NCBI GenBank assembly: GCA_945871905.1
Contig: CAMBXL010000002.1
Coordinates: forward strand, 134,936-198,935
Source of the DNA: Chitinophaga pinensis
GTDB taxonomy: Bacteria > Bacteroidota > Bacteroidia > NS11-12g > UBA955
DNA length: 64,000 bases
Reading direction: 5' to 3'
Below the pieces are notes generated by a model. The model had not been told where the DNA came from. It did no database searches and saw only the letters and a list, made by a program, of their open reading frames with translations. Numbering within the stretch: the stretch's first letter is position 1; each line of letters starts with the position of its first letter. Positions 40,914 through 49,597 of the stretch are shown here, one piece after another. Position numbers and translations under genes: made by a program.

Positions 40914-43546
40914 TTGGCAATACTTATTTTTTTAATCAATACGCCTTCATTAGTATTAATAACAACTGTATACAACCCTGCTGAATAATGTTTAGAATTT
41001 ACATTCAATGAAATTTGATTTTCAACATTATATGTTTCAATTTTGTTACCTAATACATCAAAAATATCGATAGTTTGTGCAGGAATCTTCAAATCTGACC
41101 AAGTGATAGAAAACTGATTCGTAGCAGGAATAGGATAAAGTTTAACAGACTCAATGGTTTTTTCATCAACTATCGTTGAAATTTGGGTTCTATTAATACT
41201 TAAATCTAATAAATAGGTACCTATGTCACCAGTAAAGTATGGTGATACTAAAATATACAATGTCGTATTTCCATTTACAATCAGATTATTAGGCAAATCT
41301 GAATCAAAAGCATCTGACCATGAAGTTCCTGTGGTTGAATATGAAAAAACAGCATCTAAAGTATAGGTTTTGCTATCATTTGATTTATATGCATCATTGA
41401 TCCTTGGACTAATTGTGTATTGATATCCTTCTGGTAATATTACTTTATAATAATCGTAATCTGTTCCATTGTGGCAATTTGACCCAACTGTTGATGTTTT
41501 TGCAATATTTCCATTAAAGTTAATTGGTAAATTGTATGCAACAGATGAAGTGTTATTATTTTCATACATATCAGCTAAAAGTCCTGGTGCTGTTAATTGA
41601 ATATTTACAGGATTTGAATAATTCCCAGAACCTACGTATTCCCATTGACCATCTGTTTTTTTAGACCAAACAAATAGCTGATAAGTCCCTGGTTCATCAG
41701 ACAAACCACCATCAATTGTAAAGGTTAATCCATTTGTAAAATGATACCCAGATTGTAATGATAAATTTTCAACTTTTTTAAGTTCTTTAATCCATGTTCC
41801 ATCGGACTTGTGTAAGTCAACTGAAATTATTCCTGAGAAATCACTTACATCAAAATTGGCAATATCAAATTTAATATCGAAAGTTTGATTCTGAATTAAA
41901 ACAGATGGGTCTGTGGTAATTGCAGCATAAAGTTTTAGGGGATTTTGATCGTCACCAACTACTGTAATCGTTGCAAAATTTTGATAATTCCCATTGCTAA
42001 ATGCTTTCCAATCTGTGGTTCCTGTTTTTTTGTAATAAACACCTACTGTATATGTTCCTGGAGTCATAGCACTAATACCAGAGGATGTGAATGTCGTTGG
42101 TAAATATTTAAGGAAGTCGATATTAACGCCAGTTTTGGTTTCAATAAAAGCAACAAACTGATTGCTAGAATTAAAAACAGCCGCAGCTAACTCCCCGTTA
42201 AAATTCTGTGTACTGCTCGATCCATAATTAGCTAAGTCGACAGAAATTGAAAAATTACTTGAATATGTTATAGGTGAATTACTGAAATTTAACGTAGAAT
42301 ATAATCTCATGTCTAAATCAGCTGAACCTCCACCTGATGGTGGCTCAATACCTATAACAGCTTGATGACCACTATTAAACCCTCCACTTCCGCCACCAGT
42401 TCCCAAAGAACCAGGATTTAAAGCATTAATGTTAAAATAACCATCAGCATTACCTCCCCAACCCCAGTTAAAATGGAATAAATCATTATTGTCATATCCA
42501 TCTGCCACAAAGCAATGACCACCACCTCCTCCAAAACCAGCATATATAATAGGTCTTGAAGCATTTAATTCAGCCTTTAAAAGATTAATCCAGTTTGTTT
42601 GTGAATAATTAGCTCTCTCTATTCCTTGCAAAGAATTTTTATACCCAAAATAAGTTTTCAATGCATATTCTGTACAATGTGTAACAGGGCTTCTACTGCT
42701 TATTACATAAGCACCACTTCCTCCGGTAGAACCAATGCCATAATTCATGTCAACACTCACTCCAACTTGATAGGTTAATGTTGCAACTGCATTGTTTGTA
42801 GAACTAACTGTGTTGGGCATTGATGACCAACTGTAAGTAGTAGCACCAAAATTTGCTGATAAATTACCATATTTATTGTGAGAATAGGTATGATTCCCTG
42901 TTCCTTGAGTTGGGTAGTTCCAGTATTTCATAACTTGTGTCATAGCTGTAGCAACACAACCACTCACTGTTCTTTGTCCAGATGCATTATCATAAGGACA
43001 TAAGGCATTATAATAGGGAGATTGATTCCATTTTGTGCTTAAAAGTGGAGAGACGCTTGCACGTTTTGAGGGAGAATTAGGTATCGTTGTTCCAACGCTT
43101 ACAGGTAAAGTACCACTCAACAAATCATTCCATTGTTCTGTTATAAAGGTGGTTGCAGTTAAGTTATTGGCAATAGAATATCTTACTTGTTCTTTATATC
43201 CTTCCAACCATTTTACTACTTGAGCAGGCATGTCGTTAGTTATAAAATTATTTTGATCAGAATAACCAAAAATAGGCGTTAATATATCATCCGCTGAAAC
43301 TATAACAAACCCTTTATCTTGAAAATTAAAAATATAGAAGTAATTGATTGCTTGTTCTTGACTAGAAGAATTGTATGATTTAGATGATTCTGTGTAAACT
43401 AATTTACAGTCATTAGCACTTGAAATTTGGTGATAATGACTTAGAAAGTTAAAAGCAACCTTTTGGGCGTTCGTTACATCAACATTCTTAGCAGAAAGGG
43501 ATAATATGCTTAGAAAGAGAGCATAAAAAAGTATATTTTTTTTCAT
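40910..43546 (-). CDS. C10-family (streptopain/interpain-like) cysteine protease with propeptide and T9SS type A CTD
   Basis: GFVIVSADD propeptide; WNQSPYYN, SGCVATA (Cys), GHCFVADGY (His), HFNWGWGG; CTD LYPIPA...AGLYTV...KKISIAK. Confidence 0.93.
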   Translation of the reverse strand: MKKNILFYALFLSILSLSAKNVDVTNAQKVAFNFLSHYHQISSANDCKLVYTESSKSYNSSSQEQAINYFYIFNFQDKGFVIVSADDILTPIFGYSDQNNFITNDMPAQVVKWLEGYKEQVRYSIANNLTATTFITEQWNDLLSGTLPVSVGTTIPNSPSKRASVSPLLSTKWNQSPYYNALCPYDNASGQRTVSGCVATAMTQVMKYWNYPTQGTGNHTYSHNKYGNLSANFGATTYSWSSMPNTVSSTNNAVATLTYQVGVSVDMNYGIGSTGGSGAYVISSRSPVTHCTEYALKTYFGYKNSLQGIERANYSQTNWINLLKAELNASRPIIYAGFGGGGGHCFVADGYDNNDLFHFNWGWGGNADGYFNINALNPGSLGTGGGSGGFNSGHQAVIGIEPPSGGGSADLDMRLYSTLNFSNSPITYSSNFSISVDLANYGSSSTQNFNGELAAAVFNSSNQFVAFIETKTGVNIDFLKYLPTTFTSSGISAMTPGTYTVGVYYKKTGTTDWKAFSNGNYQNFATITVVGDDQNPLKLYAAITTDPSVLIQNQTFDIKFDIANFDVSDFSGIISVDLHKSDGTWIKELKKVENLSLQSGYHFTNGLTFTIDGGLSDEPGTYQLFVWSKKTDGQWEYVGSGNYSNPVNIQLTAPGLLADMYENNNTSSVAYNLPINFNGNIAKTSTVGSNCHNGTDYDYYKVILPEGYQYTISPRINDAYKSNDSKTYTLDAVFSYSTTGTSWSDAFDSDLPNNLIVNGNTTLYILVSPYFTGDIGTYLLDLSINRTQISTIVDEKTIESVKLYPIPATNQFSITWSDLKIPAQTIDIFDVLGNKIETYNVENQISLNVNSKHYSAGLYTVVINTNEGVLIKKISIAK

Positions 43547-43604
43547 TTTAATAGATGATTCAAACTTATATTTTTTTTTTGGTTAAAAAAACATAAGTTT
43601 GAAT

Positions 43605-43967
43605 ATGAAAAATATTCTAATTTTATTTACTACAATTGTAGTTTTATTTAGTTCTTGTAATGACGATAAAGAGACAACACCTACAACAGGAACCATAAAA
43701 ATTGAATTTAATGGTACACCATCTGCAAATGTTGGACAAAAAGTAACCATTAATTTTGCAATAGATTTATACCATTTAAAAGAAAGAATTTTTGAAATTT
43801 TTGAAATTTCAAACAATCCTCATCAAGAAATAATAATTTCTGATGTAAAGCCACAAACATGGTATTATCTAATTTCTCAAAAGACTCCTGGAATGCCATA
43901 CGAAACTGAAGGAACTGTGAGTTTAGAAGCTGGAAAAACAGGGGTTGTTTCAGTTAATTTCCAGTAA
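43605..43967 (+). CDS. Hypothetical lipoprotein
   Basis: MKNILILFTTIVVLFSSC followed by acidic NDDKE, as in Bacteroidota surface lipoproteins. Confidence 0.75.
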   Translation: MKNILILFTTIVVLFSSCNDDKETTPTTGTIKIEFNGTPSANVGQKVTINFAIDLYHLKERIFEIFEISNNPHQEIIISDVKPQTWYYLISQKTPGMPYETEGTVSLEAGKTGVVSVNFQ

Positions 43968-43971
43968 CTCC

Positions 43972-44400
43972 TCAAATCTTATCAACCCTAGTTTGGTGTC
44001 TTCCACCTTCAAACTCAGCATTGAGATAGGCGGATACAATTTCTTTGGCTTGTTCTGTACTTATAAAACGGGCAGGTAAGCACAGGATATTGGCATTGTT
44101 ATGCTGACGAGCCAAAGCTCCTAATTCGGGCAACCAACACAATGCCGCTCTAATTCCTTTGTGTTTATTTGCAGTTAAGCAAACACCATTACCACTTCCG
44201 CAAATTAGTATGCCTAGTGACTGTGAATCAGATTCAACAGCAGCTGCTAAGGGATGGACCACATCTGGATAATCCATAGACTCTTTGGAGAAACAGCCAT
44301 GGTCTTTTAGTTCATAATTCTGATTGCTTAAAAAGTTGATCAATTCTTGTTTTAAATCGAATCCTGCATGGTCGCAGCCAATATGTAATAATTGTTTCAT
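43972..44400 (-). CDS. rpiB: Ribose-5-phosphate isomerase B
   Basis: GCDHAG, DYPD, CGSGNG, ARQHNNAN, FEGGRH. Confidence 0.96.
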   Translation of the reverse strand: MKQLLHIGCDHAGFDLKQELINFLSNQNYELKDHGCFSKESMDYPDVVHPLAAAVESDSQSLGILICGSGNGVCLTANKHKGIRAALCWLPELGALARQHNNANILCLPARFISTEQAKEIVSAYLNAEFEGGRHQTRVDKI

Positions 44401-44405
44401 GAAAT

Positions 44406-45239
44406 TTATTGTTCTAATTTTTGCTGACGTTCTACACGAGCTGCTATTAATACCCCCAACTCGAAAAGGGAATACAATGGAATGGTTAATATAATCTGAC
44501 TCACTACATCAGGAGGAGTTACAATGGCGGCAACAATCAGAATAATAACAAAAGCATGTTTGCGGTATTTTTTCAAAAATGATGATGAAATCAACCCAAT
44601 TCTAGCCAAAAAATACATTAATATAGGCAATTCAAAAATTAAACCGGTTCCCAAAACCAATAAGCTTACAAAGGCTACTATATTTTGAATACTTATGAAA
44701 TTTTTAATATCTGGACTTAATGAATAATTAAAGAAAAAATTTACCGAAATAGGGCACAAAACAAAATAACCAAATGATATCCCCATTGCAAATAAAGCGG
44801 TAGTATAAAACACAAATCCTCTAGTATTCTTTCTTTCCCTTGCAGACAAAGCTGGTTTAATAAACAACCAAATTTGGTATAAAATAAATGGCATCGAAAG
44901 CACTATACCTACTATAAAGGCCAACTTAAATGACATCATAAATTGACCAGCCATTTCGGTATTTAACAAATCAAATTTAAGTTCCTGAAAGCAATACTGA
45001 TCGGAATTATAAAAATAATGTGACAATTTACAAACCAATTGATAACTTAAAAAATCATTTTTAATAGGACCTGTAATGACCTCATGAAAAATAAAATCCA
45101 TGTAAATAAATGCCACTATGGACATTATCACCAATGCATAAGCACTTCTTATTAGATATTTTCTTAAGACATCTATGTGGTCGAAGAAAGACATTTCCTT
45201 GTCTTCTTCAGGTTCGATATATTCTTGGTCTAGTGCCAC
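44406..45239 (-). CDS. tatC: Twin-arginine translocase subunit TatC
   Basis: MSFFDHIDVLR, YQIWLFIKPAL, FELP, AAIVTPPD. Confidence 0.95.
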   Translation of the reverse strand: MALDQEYIEPEEDKEMSFFDHIDVLRKYLIRSAYALVIMSIVAFIYMDFIFHEVITGPIKNDFLSYQLVCKLSHYFYNSDQYCFQELKFDLLNTEMAGQFMMSFKLAFIVGIVLSMPFILYQIWLFIKPALSARERKNTRGFVFYTTALFAMGISFGYFVLCPISVNFFFNYSLSPDIKNFISIQNIVAFVSLLVLGTGLIFELPILMYFLARIGLISSSFLKKYRKHAFVIILIVAAIVTPPDVVSQIILTIPLYSLFELGVLIAARVERQQKLEQ

Positions 45240-45245
45240 TTTTTA

Positions 45246-45989
45246 TTACATTAACATACCACCACAAACACTGATGGTTTGTCCAGTAACATAAGCACTC
45301 ATATCACTTGCCAAAAACAAACAAACATTGGCTACATCTTCTGTAGAACCGCCTCTTTTCAAAGGAATAGTGTCTACCCATTGTTTTTTGATATCTTCGT
45401 TCAAAGCGCCTGTCATTTCTGTTTCAATAAAACCAGGAGCAATGGCATTACATCTCACATTTCTACTGCCTAATTCTTTGGCCATAGATTTTGTAAAACC
45501 AATCATTCCCGCTTTACTTGCGCTGTAGTTAGACTGACCTGCATTACCAGTAACACCTACTACTGAAGTCATGTTGATGATACTGCCTGATCTGTTTTTT
45601 AAGAATGTTTTTAAACAAGCCTTGGTTAAATTGAATGCCGATTTCAAATTGGTATTAATCACTTCGTCCCATTGTTCTTCTGTCATTCTCATTAAAAGAT
45701 TATCACGGGTAATACCTGCATTGTTAATTAAAATATCAATGGTTCCAAAATCAGCAATAATGGCATCCGCCAATTCGTGTGCAGCAGCAAAATTAGAAGC
45801 ATCACTTTGATAACCTTTCACTTTAACACCGTATTGTGCAGATAATTCGGCTTCAAATTGACGTGCTTTTTCTACAGAGCTTGCAAAAGTAAAAGCAATA
45901 TTAGCTCCATTTTTAGCAAAAGCTTCTGCGATTCCTTTTCCTATACCGCGACTTGCGCCTGTTATTAAGGCCACTTTTCCTTTCAACAT
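45246..45989 (-). CDS. fabG: 3-oxoacyl-ACP reductase
   Basis: TGASRGIG, NNAGITRD, YSASK, APGFIET. Confidence 0.95.
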   Translation of the reverse strand: MLKGKVALITGASRGIGKGIAEAFAKNGANIAFTFASSVEKARQFEAELSAQYGVKVKGYQSDASNFAAAHELADAIIADFGTIDILINNAGITRDNLLMRMTEEQWDEVINTNLKSAFNLTKACLKTFLKNRSGSIINMTSVVGVTGNAGQSNYSASKAGMIGFTKSMAKELGSRNVRCNAIAPGFIETEMTGALNEDIKKQWVDTIPLKRGGSTEDVANVCLFLASDMSAYVTGQTISVCGGMLM

Positions 45990-46112
45990 ATTTTGATAAT
46001 TATTAAACAGCGAAAATAATTCTTTTTTGTATTTTTTGTTTCTATTTTATTCAAAATCTGTAATTCACAGTTTAGGATGGTCTGTTTGAAGTTCTATTTT
46101 CCTTTAATAATA

Positions 46113-46220
46113 CCTTCGAGAGCACTTCCCATCGATAAACTCAGGGTAAACTAGCTCAGTACAAGCTCTCAGGTTGACAATTTAACAAATAACTATTTCC
46201 CGATAGCTATCGGGACTATT
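46113..46220. repeat. Nested REP-like elements plus a perfect 18-bp palindrome
   Basis: Three CTTC/ATCG...CTCAG units nested at 46113-46178; TCCCGATAGCTATCGGGA at 46198-46215 flanked by CTATT on both sides. Confidence 0.8.
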
Positions 46221-46232
46221 AACTAATAACCA

Positions 46233-46652
46233 TTACCCAATACTCATCGCAAAGTGCTGTATGCCCGCTTCTTCAAACTGTGGGCCATAACACTCAAAAC
46301 TCATTTTTTCGTAAAAAGGAACGGCATGGACTTGGGCGTGTAGCATCACTTTAGTAGCAAACGGCAAATCTTGCAACACGGCTTTTACCAATGCTGCTCC
46401 CACTCCTGTATTTCTGTATTCTTTCAAAACGGCAAAACGTTCTAATTTAATAATCCCCATGTCCTTAAAACGCCATCTTGCGGTTCCACATGCCTCTCCA
46501 TTGTAATAAGCAATAAAGTGGGTGCATTGTTGGTCGTCTTCGTCGTATTCTTCTGCAGCATCTACCTTTTGTTCTACCACAAAAACCCGATTTCGGATAC
46601 TAAAAATTGAATCTATTTCTGACTTTGTTTTAACTTTATTGACTTGGATCAT
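46233..46652 (-). CDS. GNAT-family N-acetyltransferase (ElaA/YjcF-like)
   Basis: IRNRVFVVEQ, ERFAVLKEYRNTGVG, HAQ...FYEK, EAGIQH. Confidence 0.9.
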   Translation of the reverse strand: MIQVNKVKTKSEIDSIFSIRNRVFVVEQKVDAAEEYDEDDQQCTHFIAYYNGEACGTARWRFKDMGIIKLERFAVLKEYRNTGVGAALVKAVLQDLPFATKVMLHAQVHAVPFYEKMSFECYGPQFEEAGIQHFAMSIG

Positions 46653-46996
46653 TTGTAAAATTTAAGGTGGTTTAAAAAAGGACGGTTTTTTAGGAAATCA
46701 AGTTGAACCTGATGGGTGTAGGCTTCTTTCTCAAAACTGATGGAACGGTAGGCCAAATCATGATTGAATCTGTGTTTTATTAAACCATAGGCATATTCCA
46801 AAAAATACCAAATGTGGTACGGAAGGATTAATAATTCCAACTGTTGTCGGTGGTGAATTTTTTCGTGATTAATTAAGGCCTTGTTGGAGCGCAATTGAGT
46901 TGTTTTAACAATAATAAAAGGCCACAACGCCATGGCATTTACTCTGGAGTCGTTCAATGAGAAAATCTTTAACAATATCGAACTTACCAATATCAT
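46649..46996 (-). CDS. Conserved hypothetical protein with an HExxH motif
   Basis: LINHEKIHHRQQLE, ISFEKEAY; translationally coupled in an operon. Confidence 0.8.
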   Translation of the reverse strand: MILVSSILLKIFSLNDSRVNAMALWPFIIVKTTQLRSNKALINHEKIHHRQQLELLILPYHIWYFLEYAYGLIKHRFNHDLAYRSISFEKEAYTHQVQLDFLKNRPFLNHLKFYK

Positions 46997-48358
46997 TTAT
47001 TCTTCAATTTGCCCTTGTCCTTGCTCTTCTTTTTGCTTTTCTTCTTCTAATTTTTTGCGTCTTTCCTCACGTTCTTTCTCTATCATTTGTTTTAGAATTT
47101 CTTCCTCTGTCAATGGCTTTTTAGGCTCTTGATTGGGTGTGTTTTCTAAATGATTTTTTTGATTTAATGAATCTTGTAATTTCAAATTCAATCGCTTCAT
47201 ACTGTCCAATTCTTGTTTCAACAGACTGTTTTTTTCTTTCTCAGTCGTTAATTGATTGGTGGTTTTATCAAGCGTCTTTGTAATATCCTTTAACTCTATA
47301 AACAAACTGTTATTTTCTTGATTCAGAATTGAATTTTGCAAAGTCAGCACATCTATGGTTTTTTTCTGATTACTAACCATATTGGTTAGGTTTATTATAA
47401 TATCCCCATTCTCGTCTCCTTTTTCTACCCCTTGTTTAAAATCCTTTAAGCGATCATTTTCTTCTTTGAGTTGTATTAATTTAAAACTCATTTCATCTAA
47501 CTCATCCTCCAATTCAGTAACACGAAATTGCAATCTATTACGTGAATTCAACAAACCAGTATCATTTTGTCTGAGAGAGGCTTGGTTATTGTTCAGCTTA
47601 AGCTTAGTTTTCAATTCATCTATTTCTTTATCCTTTCTTATTATTTGGTCTTTCAACTTTATAATAATTTGAGTAAATGCCTGTTCTTCTTCCTTGCTAG
47701 TATTGGTTTCTAAATCTTTTAATTCTACTTTTTCTTCGAGATAAAGTTTTAAAAAATCAAACTTTGCTTTACTATCTGGACCAATGTAAAGCCCTACTTT
47801 TCCTTTGTTAAGTTCAATGTCTGTAAATGTGGTTACAAAAACCGAGTTGATATACAAATCGTAAACCTTATTGTAAGTTTTCACCACGATTGTATTTTCG
47901 GATTTGGTAATAACCGAGGGTAACTTAACCCAAGAATTACCTGAAGAATGAATCGCAACTTGCTTGTCTTTGTTTAACCTTAAAATCCTGTATTCCCTTT
48001 TTTGATTTATCTCAACCAAAATACCTCCGCTACTTTCAGAAGACGCCATCATGAGCACCCCTGCACTTTGTTTTTTATTATTGTGTTGACCAAACAATAC
48101 ATTACATTCCAACTGAAAGGAACTGTAAATATCTGTCGTGGAAGGCAAAAGATAATATCCCGACTTTTTTGAGCGTCTAAATAATTCATAGTAACCATTT
48201 TGACCTAAAAATAAGTTTTCAGCATTAAAAGTAGTATTCCATTTATCGGTATTGTCAAATTGTTCGTTGAAAACAGTCTTTTTGAACTCTTTATTCACTT
48301 CTTGCCCAAATGCAGAAAAACACCACAAATAAATTAAAAATAGAAATAATTTCTTCAT
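46997..48358 (-). CDS. Secreted hypothetical protein: beta-sandwich (ConA/DUF1080-like) N-domain plus long coiled coil
   Basis: Signal peptide; LYINSVFV...GKVGLYIG...FDFLKL; heptad-rich charged C-terminal half. Confidence 0.75.
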   Translation of the reverse strand: MKKLFLFLIYLWCFSAFGQEVNKEFKKTVFNEQFDNTDKWNTTFNAENLFLGQNGYYELFRRSKKSGYYLLPSTTDIYSSFQLECNVLFGQHNNKKQSAGVLMMASSESSGGILVEINQKREYRILRLNKDKQVAIHSSGNSWVKLPSVITKSENTIVVKTYNKVYDLYINSVFVTTFTDIELNKGKVGLYIGPDSKAKFDFLKLYLEEKVELKDLETNTSKEEEQAFTQIIIKLKDQIIRKDKEIDELKTKLKLNNNQASLRQNDTGLLNSRNRLQFRVTELEDELDEMSFKLIQLKEENDRLKDFKQGVEKGDENGDIIINLTNMVSNQKKTIDVLTLQNSILNQENNSLFIELKDITKTLDKTTNQLTTEKEKNSLLKQELDSMKRLNLKLQDSLNQKNHLENTPNQEPKKPLTEEEILKQMIEKEREERRKKLEEEKQKEEQGQGQIEE

Positions 48359-48401
48359 CTTTGCACTTGCTTAATTAAAAAAAGCAAAGTTAATATTATT
48401 T

Positions 48402-49433
48402 ATGACAAAGAACGTGTGTTTTAATTTTTTGTTCCTTTTCACTGCTATTCTGCTACTTAACAGTTGTGATAATGAATTGGATGTTTTATCAGATTATGAG
48501 GAAAATGCTTCTGTTTACGGTATTTTAGATCCTTCACAAGTGACACAATACATCAAAATTAACAAAGTATTTACCAACCCAAATGCCAAAGCTTCGGATG
48601 TGGCGAAAATTTCAGATTCATTGTATTTTGATTCCTTAGCCCCATTTATCATAGAACAAGAAACCGGCCGAAGAATTCCATTATACAAAGTGAGTAATTT
48701 ACCCAAAGACAGTGGTTATTTTGCCAATGCTCCCAATTATTTGTATGCAACCAATGAGCGTATTTATTCCAGAAACCCTTTCAATCAGAACCAAAATTAC
48801 AGCTACCGAATTGAATTTGAATTACCCACATCAAAGAAAAAAATAAGCGCAACAACCAACATTGTCAGAGATTTTTTTATACAATCACCTATTTCTCCTA
48901 ACCCATTAATTCCTAGGTCTATTAATTTCCCGACTAATGCCAATGTTCAGTTAAGATTTTTATCTCCTTTGAATGGCAAAGTATTCGATGCCTTTTTTAA
49001 CATCAACTATGTAGAGGTTAACAAAGCGGACACCAATATAAAGGCGTTTAAAACCATTAAATGGAAAATATTGAGATCATACCGCACCACAGCAGACAAA
49101 GGCAATGAGCAGATTACCTCAATCATTCCGGGAATTAGTTTTTACAATGTCCTTCTTAATGACATAAAAGTAGATGCAAGTGTTTACAGAGAATTTTTAC
49201 CATGTAGTATGGAAATAGTAGGTGGCAATATCGAAATAGACAATTACATTCAGTCTTCTTCACCCTCAATAGGAATTGTACAAAAACAGGCAGAGTACAG
49301 CAATATCCAAAATGGTATTGGCATATTTGCCTCCAGATATTCTATCTTTTTGGACCGAATTGCATTATCAAGCACAACCAGAGGATTAGTTGCCAACAGC
49401 AACGACTATAGGCAGCTTGGATTTGTAAGATAA
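48402..49433 (+). CDS. Lipoprotein (DUF4249-like)
   Basis: Lipobox LNSC; VYGILD...QYIKINK; YSNIQNGIGIFASR. Confidence 0.8.
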   Translation: MTKNVCFNFLFLFTAILLLNSCDNELDVLSDYEENASVYGILDPSQVTQYIKINKVFTNPNAKASDVAKISDSLYFDSLAPFIIEQETGRRIPLYKVSNLPKDSGYFANAPNYLYATNERIYSRNPFNQNQNYSYRIEFELPTSKKKISATTNIVRDFFIQSPISPNPLIPRSINFPTNANVQLRFLSPLNGKVFDAFFNINYVEVNKADTNIKAFKTIKWKILRSYRTTADKGNEQITSIIPGISFYNVLLNDIKVDASVYREFLPCSMEIVGGNIEIDNYIQSSSPSIGIVQKQAEYSNIQNGIGIFASRYSIFLDRIALSSTTRGLVANSNDYRQLGFVR

Positions 49434-49476
49434 GGCGCTGTAAAATCCACTTTCATTCTTCAATTAAAGGACTTTT

Positions 49477-49560
49477 TGACACTTTTTGTGACAGAAAAGA
49501 AGTGACTATTGTCTAAGAATTGATTTTTTGTCACATAAATATAAGTGGCATTTTTTTTGG
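49477..49560 (+). promoter_or_regulatory. Putative sigma54-like -24/-12 promoter with upstream TGACA/TGTCA boxes
   Basis: TGGCA-TTTTTT-TTGG at 49546-49560 (GG-N10-GG); inverted repeat TGTGACAGAAAA / TTTTTTGTCACA. Confidence 0.5.
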
Positions 49561-49597
49561 AACTAGGACAATATAAAAAGACGAAAAAATAATTTTT

